64,000 nt of DNA from an uncultured Bacteroidales bacterium (GTDB taxonomy: Bacteria > Bacteroidota > Bacteroidia > Bacteroidales > ML635J-15), in assembly GCA_964615585.1 (NCBI GenBank), contig CAZTNS010000001.1, positions 1,456 to 65,455 on the forward strand, in the 5' to 3' direction. This document shows positions 7,483 to 17,199 of the stretch, piece after piece; the first letter of the stretch is position 1; each line of letters opens with the position of its first letter. The notes under the pieces are model-generated. The model ran no database searches, was not told where the DNA came from, and saw only the letters and a program-made list of their open reading frames with translations. A program made the translations under genes and the position numbers.

Positions 7483-9177
7483 ATGAATACTGTTAATCAA
7501 AGTACCTTGAAAGATTCAGTTGCCATGCGTTGGCTTGCTCTGTTACTTGTTAGTGGTTTGATGCTTGCTACTTACTGGTTTCAGGATTTTTTTTCAGGGT
7601 TAAAAGGCATGATGGAAACCCAAATGGGGTTTACCAGTGAAGAGTTTGGCCGGCTTATCGGCTTAACCACCATTGCCAATATGTTTGGTATGATCATCGT
7701 TGGTGGAATGATCCTTGATAAATGGGGTGTGAGAATTGCCGGACTGGCATTTGGCGGACTGGCTGTGCTTGGTGGTGCCATTACTGCACTGGCTTCTGCC
7801 GGGTTTTTTGGTGAGGAACACAGTACCCAGCTTACCTTTATGATCATCGGACGTATTTTATTTGGTTCCGGATTGGAGGTTGTTTGTGTGGTTGCTACCA
7901 CCACCATGGTAAAATGGTTTAAAGGCTACGAGCTGGCCCTGGCCATGGCCATCAATATGGGTTTCGGACGACTGGGATCTGCCATGGGTATAGCGCTGTC
8001 ACCTGATATCTCAGGAACGGTTTCTCCCGCTGTTACCTTTGCAGCAGCCCTGCTTGGTGTGGCTTTTATCATGTTTGTGATTTACGTATTCTTCGATGTT
8101 AAACTCGACAGGCAAATGAAAGCCAAAAAAGCGGCTAAAGCTGCAGAAACCGGTGAAACGGAAGAGGAAGAAGAGTTTAAATTTTCCGACTTATTTAAAC
8201 TGATTAAAAACCCATCTTTTATTTACATTGCATTGCTTTGTGTGTCTTTTTATGCTGCTGTATTTCCTTTTATTCAGTATGCACCGGACCTGCTGATCAA
8301 TAAATTTAATTTTACGGCTGTATTGCCGGAAGGAGGTTTCCAGATCAATGGCAGCACTTCTTTTGGAACCGCGGTTATTTATATCGGACTCTTTGTTTAT
8401 GCATTGTTGTTTTCCATTGTTCCCTCAAGGATGAAGACAATGAATAAAAGAATATTGTCGCTGGTGCTTATTGTCGGTACTTTTGCATTGTTTGCTTACC
8501 TTCTGAGGGATACGTTTGCCATTTGGTTTAAAAATGGTTCAAAAACCGCCAGCCTGATCCCATTGGGAACCATCATTTTTACCCCGATATTTGGAAATTA
8601 TGTGGATCGCAAAGGTAAAGCCGCTTCCCTGATGATTCTTGGATCGTTACTTCTGATCTTTGCTCATGTGGCATTATCGCTTTTCCAGAGTGAAACATTG
8701 GCTTATTTAGGCCTGGTGTCTTTGGGTATTGCTTTTTCTCTGGTGCCGGCCGCCATGTGGCCTTCCGTTGCCAAAATTGTGCCACAAAGACGGCTGGGAA
8801 CAGCGTATTCTACCATGTTTACCATTCAGAACTGGGGCCTTGGGGCTTTCTTTTGGGGAATCGGAGCATTGCTGCAAGCTGTTAACCCCAAGGTTGTTGC
8901 TGAAAGACAGGCTTTGAACGCCAAACTTGAAGGACTCGGGATGTCTCAGTCAGAAATATCACAGGAAATCGTAAAAATGAAGGACCCACTGATAACATCT
9001 GAATTTGGTGAATATACCCAGCAATACATATATGATTATACAATACCCATTTTCATCCTGGTAATTTGTGGTATTATCTCCATTTTTCTGGCCTACAAGC
9101 TCAGGCAGGCTGACCGCCGTCAGGGTTACGGACTGGAGTTGCCTTCAGGAGCAAAAGCCGAAGGAACGGTTGATTAA
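7483..9177 (+). CDS. MFS transporter
   Basis: About 12 hydrophobic segments with a central charged loop (KAKKAAKAAETGETEEEEE), the typical MFS layout. Confidence 0.8.
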   Translation: MNTVNQSTLKDSVAMRWLALLLVSGLMLATYWFQDFFSGLKGMMETQMGFTSEEFGRLIGLTTIANMFGMIIVGGMILDKWGVRIAGLAFGGLAVLGGAITALASAGFFGEEHSTQLTFMIIGRILFGSGLEVVCVVATTTMVKWFKGYELALAMAINMGFGRLGSAMGIALSPDISGTVSPAVTFAAALLGVAFIMFVIYVFFDVKLDRQMKAKKAAKAAETGETEEEEEFKFSDLFKLIKNPSFIYIALLCVSFYAAVFPFIQYAPDLLINKFNFTAVLPEGGFQINGSTSFGTAVIYIGLFVYALLFSIVPSRMKTMNKRILSLVLIVGTFALFAYLLRDTFAIWFKNGSKTASLIPLGTIIFTPIFGNYVDRKGKAASLMILGSLLLIFAHVALSLFQSETLAYLGLVSLGIAFSLVPAAMWPSVAKIVPQRRLGTAYSTMFTIQNWGLGAFFWGIGALLQAVNPKVVAERQALNAKLEGLGMSQSEISQEIVKMKDPLITSEFGEYTQQYIYDYTIPIFILVICGIISIFLAYKLRQADRRQGYGLELPSGAKAEGTVD

Positions 9178-9271
9178 AATAAATTAAGTAAATAAATTTT
9201 ACAGGCTGCATTTGCTGAAAATGTGGCCTGTTTTTTGTAATTTTGTGCGAAATAACCAAATCTTTATGTTT

Positions 9272-10144
9272 ATGAAACGACAGATTTTATTGTTAATTTC
9301 TCTTATTGCCTTTGTTTTTTCAGGGGTTTCTCAACAAGATGCGTTGTTGTGGAAAGTCTCCGGAAAAAAACTCGATGAGCCTTCCTATTTATATGGAACC
9401 ATACACATTCAGGCAAAGGAAGTGTTTGCTTTTGATCCACTTGTTTATGACAAAATCAAATCATGTGATGCACTGGCCGTAGAATTGATCATGGATGAAA
9501 TTGACCCGGAAACAACAAAAGCCCTCATGTTGATGGAAGAAGGCAGCATTGCAGATTACCTTAGCGATGAAGAATATCATTTGCTGGATTCTGTGATGAA
9601 GGCAAAAACAGGGCAACCATTGGTGTTGTTTGAAAAAATGAAACCCTTCTTTTTGTCTTCACAGATAATGCAAACCATGATGCCGAAAGAAATGCCCCTG
9701 GCATTGGATATGCATTTGATTGACACCGCCAGGAAAATGGACAAAAATATACTGGCCCTGGAAACCCTGGCCGGTCAGATCGGAGCCATTGATAAAATGA
9801 CTGAGGAAGAGCAGGTTGACATGCTGATGGATGGGCTTGCCGATGAAGATAATTCCATGGAAAAACAGTTTAACAGGTTGGTGGATGCTTATGTTGCGCA
9901 AGACCTTGACAGCCTCCAGGTTTTAATGCAGGATACAGCCTTGCCGGAGTCGTTTGGCAAGGAACTTATCGTAAAAAGAAACAAAGGCATGGCCAAAACC
10001 ATTCACAAGATCATGAAAAAGCAAACGGTTTTTGCTGCTTTTGGCGCTGCGCATCTGGTGGATGAAAATGGGGTTATTGAATTGTTGAGAAAAAAAGGAT
10101 ACACGGTGGAAAAAGTGCCTTTTGATTTTGATGTTCAGGAATAA
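9272..10144 (+). CDS. TraB/GumN family protein (secreted)
   Basis: Signal peptide, then LLWKVSGKKLDEPSYLYGTIHI, the hallmark N-terminal motif of TraB/GumN. Start set at MKRQILLL. Confidence 0.8.
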   Translation: MKRQILLLISLIAFVFSGVSQQDALLWKVSGKKLDEPSYLYGTIHIQAKEVFAFDPLVYDKIKSCDALAVELIMDEIDPETTKALMLMEEGSIADYLSDEEYHLLDSVMKAKTGQPLVLFEKMKPFFLSSQIMQTMMPKEMPLALDMHLIDTARKMDKNILALETLAGQIGAIDKMTEEEQVDMLMDGLADEDNSMEKQFNRLVDAYVAQDLDSLQVLMQDTALPESFGKELIVKRNKGMAKTIHKIMKKQTVFAAFGAAHLVDENGVIELLRKKGYTVEKVPFDFDVQE

Positions 10145-10241
10145 ATTATTGGTTCTACTGCCAATTTAATGGTTTATGATTAGTCGTTTGTTTATCTAAT
10201 CTTTTTGTGTGTAATGACCGATAGGTTACAAGCATTAAGTT

Positions 10242-10311
10242 GGAAGACCGAAGACCGGAGTCGGAGGAAGTATTCATAACTCCTGACTACCGACTCCCGG
10301 CTCCCGACTTC
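10242..10311. repeat. GC-rich imperfect hairpin whose arms are tandem heptamers
   Basis: Left arm ggaagaccgaagaccggagtcggagga, right arm tcctgactaccgactcccggctcccgacttc. Perfect 8-bp core ggagtcgg (10257-10264) / ccgactcc (10290-10297). Sits between convergent genes. Confidence 0.9.
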
Positions 10312-10389
10312 ATTATACATAGCTTCTGCTGCCAATAGCGTTTTGCCAATTAAGGAGCGTGTAAGTTTGTATTTTTAGCAAATCCTGAC

Positions 10390-11427
10390 TTATACCCCCA
10401 ACAGCAAAGAAACCGATCCGATGATCAGCGCAAAAATCACATTTGCAATTTTTACAGAGATGAAAGACCGTTGTGATTCTGCCAGCAGAGGCAACATGCC
10501 ATGACCATCCTGTACAATTGAACTTGCCAGCAAAATACTGAAAGGAATGCTTCCCTGTGCAAACAATGTGACAAATACCAAATGAGGCCCTGATTCAGGG
10601 ATGACACCCACAGCAATGGCAATCAGCAATACTATGTACATGTTATCGGTAAGCCAGGAATATACATCCACATAATGCATCAGGATACCCAACACCAGCA
10701 AAGTCCCAAACGTCCACAGGAAAATCCGCAACATGTGCTTTTTTACGATGTGGTCCCACAGGTGTTTTGTCAGGAAATGTTCAGGTACACTGATGACAAT
10801 AAACATGGTGAATAAGGTAACAACTGCCAGTGTAACTTTTATCCACAGTTTGGCCTCCGTAGCAATAAAACCTGTCACTACGGCTGTCAAAAGAGCAAGA
10901 ATCATGATCACTAAACCAATCCTGTAAATTGAAGGGCGCCTTATTTGTGGTAAAAATAAACCTTTTTGAAAACAATTACAGGAATCTTGGGTATGCAAGG
11001 GAAATTCACGGCCTGAGAATGAAGCCAGGGATTTTTTTGGTTTGTATAATTTGTCGGTTAAGAAACCTGCCAGGATACCAATGCCAAACAACAACAGTGT
11101 AATAACAGCAGCTTTTCCAGGGAACATGGCAAACATCACAAAAGCTTCATCGCCGCTTGTGGCAATCATGGCAGACACAATGGCTCCGAAAGAAATCAGC
11201 CGGTGGGAAAACATGGCCACCACTGTGAAAGCACCCAGGCAACCGGGTATTGCTCCCAGAAGGGCGGCTATCAGGTATTGATTCCATGCGTTTTTTTTAA
11301 GCCCTTTCTTCCACAACCCCTGGGTTTGTACATTGATGTATTCAATTACCAGCATCATGACAAAGACAAAGCCTGTTATCATGATGGCATGCTTGAAAAT
11401 ACCGTAAACTTCAATGCCTGAGATCAT
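10390..11427 (-). CDS. Polytopic membrane protein, probably the putative 10-TM metal exporter family (ArsP_2-like)
   Basis: About 10 TM segments. The N-terminal block GAIPGCLGAFTVVAMFSHR...ATSGDEAFVM matches my recollection of that family. Confidence 0.5.
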   Translation of the reverse strand: MISGIEVYGIFKHAIMITGFVFVMMLVIEYINVQTQGLWKKGLKKNAWNQYLIAALLGAIPGCLGAFTVVAMFSHRLISFGAIVSAMIATSGDEAFVMFAMFPGKAAVITLLLFGIGILAGFLTDKLYKPKKSLASFSGREFPLHTQDSCNCFQKGLFLPQIRRPSIYRIGLVIMILALLTAVVTGFIATEAKLWIKVTLAVVTLFTMFIVISVPEHFLTKHLWDHIVKKHMLRIFLWTFGTLLVLGILMHYVDVYSWLTDNMYIVLLIAIAVGVIPESGPHLVFVTLFAQGSIPFSILLASSIVQDGHGMLPLLAESQRSFISVKIANVIFALIIGSVSLLLGV

Positions 11428-11543
11428 CGGTGTGATTTTTTAGAAGCTTGCTGATTACGATTAGCAAACATCTTAATCATGATAATGTTTACCAGAATGG
11501 GTACAAATTTGTTTTTTTTTTGAAATAAAGTCTCACCATTAAA

Positions 11544-11945
11544 TCAGAATTTAAACCAGGTTTTTTTTTGTTTTTTATAGGGGGTTTTTCGCATTTCGGC
11601 TCCAATCAGTTTTTCGTATATCTTATCCCATCCCGGAAAACCGCCAAAATTTTTGTCATCAATATAAACCTCCGCATTGATCTTTCTTGACATGTATATG
11701 TTGAATTCTTCCTTGGGAAATGACATATTTACAGCCCAGAACATGATTCCGTTTTCCATGCAAAAATCAATGGCTTCCTGCAGGGGATCGCCGTCCCGGA
11801 AAGTCCAGAGTATCAGCTTATGTCCTTGTTCAGATAATGCTTTCAGTGTTTCGAATGCTCCCGGCAACGGTTTCCCGATGTCGGGATAATTGTGGTCAAC
11901 AATGGTGCCATCGAAATCAACAGCAATGCGCAGGGAACCTTCCAT
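11544..11945 (-). CDS. Small HAD-superfamily hydrolase-like protein
   Basis: DFDGT (DxDxT) motif near the N-terminus after resetting the start to MEGSLRIAVDFDGT. 4 nt downstream of the preceding gene. Confidence 0.5.
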   Translation of the reverse strand: MEGSLRIAVDFDGTIVDHNYPDIGKPLPGAFETLKALSEQGHKLILWTFRDGDPLQEAIDFCMENGIMFWAVNMSFPKEEFNIYMSRKINAEVYIDDKNFGGFPGWDKIYEKLIGAEMRKTPYKKQKKTWFKF

Positions 11946-11949
11946 ATTT

Positions 11950-12372
11950 TTATTCTGTTTTATATAATAATACCCTTGTGTTAGCGGCGTCACCGACCGG
12001 TTGCATATCCATTTTTTCGTTGGTAAGGTTGCGTATTTTTGTTTTGGATACTTCATCGGAATCATCAAATTCAATGGTGATGATGGTCCCGTTTTGATTG
12101 ATGCTCCATTGGCCTTGTCGTGGTGGTTCTATGGATAATTTTGTGTAAGAACCGTCTGCACGGAAAATAAATTCGGTTTTTTCTTCAAGTTCTTTGTATT
12201 TTTCCCTGAATACCTCTACGTATTCATCTGGTAGCTCAATATCCATATACATGGTATCCAGTTTCCAATGGCCTACAAGGTATTTTTCATGTTTTTGTTT
12301 CAGATTTGTTTGTGCCAGGCTTGTTATCGCCGGGATCATCATTATCAAGAGCGGAATTAAATTTTTTTTCAT
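11950..12372 (-). CDS. Small secreted protein, lipocalin-like (unknown function)
   Basis: Signal peptide MKKNLIPLLIMMIPAITSLAQ. The GHWKLD..... beta-rich body is typical of lipocalin-like domains. Confidence 0.4.
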   Translation of the reverse strand: MKKNLIPLLIMMIPAITSLAQTNLKQKHEKYLVGHWKLDTMYMDIELPDEYVEVFREKYKELEEKTEFIFRADGSYTKLSIEPPRQGQWSINQNGTIITIEFDDSDEVSKTKIRNLTNEKMDMQPVGDAANTRVLLYKTE

Positions 12373-13480
12373 GGCTGTCATTTTTTATGTTTTCATTAAA
12401 ATTAATATTAAATATACGTACGTCAAGGTTGATAGGTTTCAACAATTCGGGCAATCTTTTTTTGCTGGTGTCGGAAAAAAACACCTGCCCGTACTTATCA
12501 TCAGACAATAACTGTACCAATTGATTTATTCTGAAATCGTCCAGTTTATCAAAAATATCGTCAAGCAATAAAACAGGCGGAATACCCATGGTTTGACGGA
12601 TAAAATCAAATTGAGCCAGTTTCAGAGCAATGATAAATGTTTTTTGCTGCCCTTGTGATCCGGTTTTTTTTAAGCTGTGTCCGTTTAATTCAAAATGCAA
12701 GTCATCCCTGTGTATGCCGGTGGTTGTGTGATGAAAGAGTAAATCCTTTTTTCTGTTTTCTTCCAGCAATTCAAGGAGTGGTTTGTGATGAAGCGAAGAT
12801 TTATAAGCGATGTTAACCTGTTCTTGTTTCCCTGAAATGTCAGCGTAGTATTGATTAAAAATGGGAATCAGCGCATTTACCGCTTCATTGCGTTTTTGAT
12901 GAATGTATTTGCCGGTAGTGTGCATCCGTTCATCCCATATCAAAAGGGCATCTTTATCGTAAGGGTTTTCGGCGGTGATTTTTTTTAAAAGGGCGTTTCG
13001 CTGCTCAAGTGCCCTGTTGTAGTCTATCAGTTGTTTGAGAAACTGTTTGTCGTACTGGGAAATCACGCCGTCAATGTATTTGCGCCGCAGATCACTACCC
13101 AGGTGTATCATTTCGGTGTCCGATGGTGTAATGAATACCAGTGGTAGTTCCCCTATATGTTCGGAAAACTTTTCATAGGCTTTGCCATTTCGCTTGATAT
13201 GTTTCTTTCCCTGCCTTTTTAATCCGCACAACATGGAAGTCTGTTTGCCTTTAATGATGTATTTTCCTTCGATGACAAATATATCTTCATCATGGCGGAT
13301 GTTTTGTCTGTCAATGGCATTGAAGTGGCTTTTGGTAAATGATAAATAATAAATGGCATCCATCAGGTTGGTCTTCCCTGCACCGTTTTTTCCAAGAAAA
13401 CAATTGAAACGGGGAGAAAATTCCGTTTCAAACGCTTTGATGTTTTTATAATTCAGTATGGAAATGTGCTTCAGGTACAT
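12287..13480 (-). CDS. recF: DNA replication and repair protein RecF
   Basis: N-terminal LKHISILNYKN...FLGKNGAGKTNL (Walker A), signature GSQGQQKT, Walker B LLLDDIFDKLD. Confidence 0.9.
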   Translation of the reverse strand: MYLKHISILNYKNIKAFETEFSPRFNCFLGKNGAGKTNLMDAIYYLSFTKSHFNAIDRQNIRHDEDIFVIEGKYIIKGKQTSMLCGLKRQGKKHIKRNGKAYEKFSEHIGELPLVFITPSDTEMIHLGSDLRRKYIDGVISQYDKQFLKQLIDYNRALEQRNALLKKITAENPYDKDALLIWDERMHTTGKYIHQKRNEAVNALIPIFNQYYADISGKQEQVNIAYKSSLHHKPLLELLEENRKKDLLFHHTTTGIHRDDLHFELNGHSLKKTGSQGQQKTFIIALKLAQFDFIRQTMGIPPVLLLDDIFDKLDDFRINQLVQLLSDDKYGQVFFSDTSKKRLPELLKPINLDVRIFNINFNENIKNDSHEKKFNSALDNDDPGDNKPGTNKSETKT

Positions 13481-13580
13481 CATCGTGTAAAAGTACATAA
13501 AATACATGAAAATTTCAATTGTTTTATTAAACTAAAACCTGGGATTTTTGTATTATTGACATACATCAAAACCTCAGATT

Positions 13581-14744
13581 ATGGAAAATTTTGTGTTTCA
13601 CAATCCGGTAAAAATCATTTTCGGAAAAGGCGAAATTGCCGGTCTTGCCAAAGAAATTCCTGAAAACAAAAAAGTAATGATGTTGTATGGTGGTGGTTCG
13701 ATAAAAAAGAATTTTGTTTATGATGCTGTAAAAGATGCATTGAAAAATCGTGATTGGACAGAGTTTGGCGGCATTGAACCCAATCCCAAATATGAGACCC
13801 TGATGCAGGCGGTTGAGATCGTGAAATCAGAAAATGTGGATTTTTTACTTGCAGTGGGTGGGGGATCTGTCATTGACGGGGTTAAATTTGTTGCAGCAGC
13901 ATCTGTTTATCAGGGCAATGATCCATGGGACATGCTTTCAAAAGGGGCAAAAGTAAAAAATGCTTTGCCGACGGGTACTGTACTTACACTGCCAGCAACC
14001 GGTTCAGAAATGAATTCCACTGCTGTGATAAGCAGAAACAGCACAAAAGAAAAATTGCCGTTGTCACATCCCCGCTTATACCCGCAATTTTCTGTGCTTG
14101 ATCCTGAGGTGGTGTATTCATTACCCAAAAAACAAGTTCAAAACGGGATCGTGGATGCGTTTGTCCATGTCATTGAACAATACCTGACCTATTCTGTCAA
14201 CGCTGAAGTGCAGGACAGGTGGGCAGAAGGCCTTCTGATGGCCCTGATGAATACCGGTCCTGAGATTCTTTCGGATCAACAAAATTATGAGCATGCGGCC
14301 AACCTGATGTGGGAAGCTAACAATGCCCTTAATGGTATATTACGGTGTGGCGTGCCGGAAGATTGGTCAACGCACATGATTGGCCATGAAATTACCGCTT
14401 TGCATGCTGTTGATCATGCCGAGACGCTGGCCATGGTATTGCCGGGGGTGATGCAGGAAATGCGTAAAGAGAAGTCTGAGAAATTATTGCAATACGCCGG
14501 ACGGGTTATGGGTATTCGTGATGATATACCCGAAGGTAAAAGGATAGATAAAGTGATAGACAAAACGGAGGATTTTTTTAAAAGTATGGGAATGAAAACC
14601 CGGCTTTCAGACCATGATATAGACATGGATACCATTGGTGAGATTGAAAAACGGTTCATTCGGAGGCCGGGATTTGATGCACTGGGTGAACGTGAAAACC
14701 TGTCGCCTTTGCGGGTGAGACAAATTCTTGCAAACAGGTTGTAG
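13581..14744 (+). CDS. Iron-containing (group III) alcohol dehydrogenase, YqhD/butanol dehydrogenase-like
   Basis: FHNPVKIIFGKG, GGGS(V)ID and the His-rich metal-site region HMIGHEITALH. Confidence 0.88.
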   Translation: MENFVFHNPVKIIFGKGEIAGLAKEIPENKKVMMLYGGGSIKKNFVYDAVKDALKNRDWTEFGGIEPNPKYETLMQAVEIVKSENVDFLLAVGGGSVIDGVKFVAAASVYQGNDPWDMLSKGAKVKNALPTGTVLTLPATGSEMNSTAVISRNSTKEKLPLSHPRLYPQFSVLDPEVVYSLPKKQVQNGIVDAFVHVIEQYLTYSVNAEVQDRWAEGLLMALMNTGPEILSDQQNYEHAANLMWEANNALNGILRCGVPEDWSTHMIGHEITALHAVDHAETLAMVLPGVMQEMRKEKSEKLLQYAGRVMGIRDDIPEGKRIDKVIDKTEDFFKSMGMKTRLSDHDIDMDTIGEIEKRFIRRPGFDALGERENLSPLRVRQILANRL

Positions 14745-14753
14745 CGTAATTAT

Positions 14754-16079
14754 TTATTTGAGGACATTGCCCAGCGACCGTCGTTTATTTTTGTTTCCGG
14801 TCATGGCGTTCATCATTTTCTTGGTTTGTTTAAATTGTTTTAGCAGCCGGTTGATATCCTGAACAGTACTTCCACTTCCTTTTGCAATTCGGGCACGTCT
14901 GCTACCGTTGATAAGCTGGGGATTTTTTCGTTCTTCAGGGGTCATCGACTGAATGATGGCTTCAATGCCTTTAAACGCATCGTCATCAATATCAAGGTCG
15001 CGAATGGCTTTGCCCATTCCCGGAACCATACTCATAAGGTCTTTGACATTACCCATTTTTTTGATTTGCTGAATTTGTTTGATAAAATCATCAAAATCAA
15101 ATTGATTTTTCGCGATCCGCTTCTGTAGTTTGCGTGATTCTTCTTCATCAAACTGTTCTTGTGCTTTTTCAACCAGTGACACCACATCACCCATGCCCAG
15201 AATACGATCCGCCATACGTTTGGGGTGAAATACATCAAGTGCATCGAGTTTCTCTCCCTGGCTCATATACTTTATGGGCTTATTTACAACAGAGCGGATG
15301 GTAAGTGCTGCACCCCCCTTGGTATCACCATCAAGTTTTGTCAATACAACACCGTCATAATTAAGTTTGTCATGAAATTCCTTTGCTGTGTTTACTGCAT
15401 CCTGACCTGTCATGGAGTCAACCACAAACAAAGTTTCAGATGGATTGACAGCTTCTTTAATGGATGCCACTTCGTGCATCATTTTTTCATCAATAGCAAG
15501 CCGGCCAGCCGTATCAATGATTACTGTATCCAAACCGTTTTCTTTGGCATGACGGATTGCATGTTTAGCTATTTTTACCGGTTGGTTATTTTCCTTTTCA
15601 GTATAAACAGGCACGTCTATCTGTTCCCCCAGTGTCTGAAGTTGTTCTATGGCAGCAGGCCTGTAAACATCACCAGCCACAAGCAATGGATGTCTTCCTC
15701 GTTTGGTTTTTAATAACCTTGCCAGTTTGCCCGAAAAAGTCGTTTTACCACTGCCCTGAAGTCCGGCAACCAATACAACAGCCGGTTTTCCGCTGAGATT
15801 TATCTCAACAGCTTCACTTCCCATCAGTTCTGCCAGTTCATCATGAACCACTTTTACCAGCAACTGTCCCGGTTTTACACTGTTAAGGACATTCTGCCCC
15901 AATGCTTTTTCTTTAACATTGCTTGTGAAATCTTTGGCAATCTTATAGCTCACGTCAGCATTGAGCAAGGCACGCCGAACATCTTTCAGGGTTTCTGCTA
16001 CATTAACCTCCGTGATTTTACCCTCACCTTTGAGTATTTTAAATGACCTTTCTAATCTGTCAGATAGATTTTCAAACAT
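14754..16079 (-). CDS. ffh: Signal recognition particle protein Ffh
   Basis: MFENLSDRL..., [20 protein letters not shown], and a Met-rich M domain. Confidence 0.95.
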   Translation of the reverse strand: MFENLSDRLERSFKILKGEGKITEVNVAETLKDVRRALLNADVSYKIAKDFTSNVKEKALGQNVLNSVKPGQLLVKVVHDELAELMGSEAVEINLSGKPAVVLVAGLQGSGKTTFSGKLARLLKTKRGRHPLLVAGDVYRPAAIEQLQTLGEQIDVPVYTEKENNQPVKIAKHAIRHAKENGLDTVIIDTAGRLAIDEKMMHEVASIKEAVNPSETLFVVDSMTGQDAVNTAKEFHDKLNYDGVVLTKLDGDTKGGAALTIRSVVNKPIKYMSQGEKLDALDVFHPKRMADRILGMGDVVSLVEKAQEQFDEEESRKLQKRIAKNQFDFDDFIKQIQQIKKMGNVKDLMSMVPGMGKAIRDLDIDDDAFKGIEAIIQSMTPEERKNPQLINGSRRARIAKGSGSTVQDINRLLKQFKQTKKMMNAMTGNKNKRRSLGNVLK

Positions 16080-16416
16080 AATTTATCCGTATAAAATTTG
16101 ATGGCAAAATTAATCAAATAATCGGATGATGCCAAGATTTTTTGGGTGGATACCTGTTTTTATTATCTCGTACATGAGGGTAAGTCCGGACATTTAATTT
16201 ATGTTGTAAGCTCAATGGTAAGGTGTTGACTATCTTAATTTAAGATATTTTATTTGTGTTTTGGAAAAATTCAAGCATCATAGTAAATATGTTGATTGTA
16301 ATAATTTAACGTAAAATAAAATCAAAAAAAATATAATATATGCATTGATTAAAAAAAAAAAATATATTTTTGAAAAAAATAGTAATTCTGTATTGTAATA
16401 AGAAAAACCTTATGTT

Positions 16417-17040
16417 ATGAAAAAAATTATAGTTTTAGTTTTAAGCCTGATTTTTTCTTTGAGCATATTTGCTCAGGTGATTGAGATGAAACCCGTATCA
16501 GTAAGCCTTAATGGAGGTGGGTATTTTGGCATGCAACCCATGGGAGATTATGACGGGAATGAATTGTATAATTTGGGTGTTGTGGAACTGGATGCAAAAT
16601 ACATGTTCAATGAACTATTTGGTGTTAAGCTTGGTAGTCGTTATAATGCAATTAAGCTTGGTGAAGATGTTAATAACACCAATTATGTAAATTGTTTTGC
16701 TCATTTTGTTGCAGATGTAGGACCGTTAATGGGGTCGGAAAACATGGGATTGTGTTTTAATATGGGGGCAGGAGCTGCTGCCATGTGGCAAAAAGAGAGA
16801 TTTTCAGAAAACACAACATCAAGAATGTTTAATAAGGCTGATGAAATGATTACCATGGGGTTCGGCCTGGATTATTATATTAAAATTAGTGAAAATTGGG
16901 CATACAATCTGGCATATAATTATACAATACATACACAACAAAGCCGTACTTATGATATGAGAGAGTTGATGGATGATTCAAGTTTTGAAGGCCGGTACAT
17001 GAGTTTTACCCTGGGTGTAAGTTATCATTTTGATTTTTAA
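16417..17040 (+). CDS. Outer-membrane beta-barrel protein (porin-family-like)
   Basis: Signal peptide, alternating aromatic/glycine beta-strand pattern, C-terminal ..GVSYHFDF. Confidence 0.6.
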   Translation: MKKIIVLVLSLIFSLSIFAQVIEMKPVSVSLNGGGYFGMQPMGDYDGNELYNLGVVELDAKYMFNELFGVKLGSRYNAIKLGEDVNNTNYVNCFAHFVADVGPLMGSENMGLCFNMGAGAAAMWQKERFSENTTSRMFNKADEMITMGFGLDYYIKISENWAYNLAYNYTIHTQQSRTYDMRELMDDSSFEGRYMSFTLGVSYHFDF

Positions 17041-17150
17041 TGATGAGATATTTGGTCAATCATAACATTTGTTGTTGCAGTAAAGGATGTTATCCGGGTG
17101 CTGTATGTTATTGTTGTTGAAAGAATGAAACATATTTTTGATTAAAAGTT

Positions 17151-17176
17151 CCCGGTAAACAGCCGGGTTTTTTTTT
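17151..17176 (+). terminator. Rho-independent terminator
   Basis: cccgg-taaacag-ccggg followed by nine T. Confidence 0.65.
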
Positions 17177-17199
17177 GTAATCCGTCAAAATTGGAAAAA

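Noticed and set aside
16080-16416. Long AT-rich spacer with A-tracts between ffh and the OMP gene, considered as a possible small RNA or mobile-element scar
   Set aside because: It has no hairpins, repeats, ORFs or conserved RNA motifs. It is most simply a divergent promoter region.
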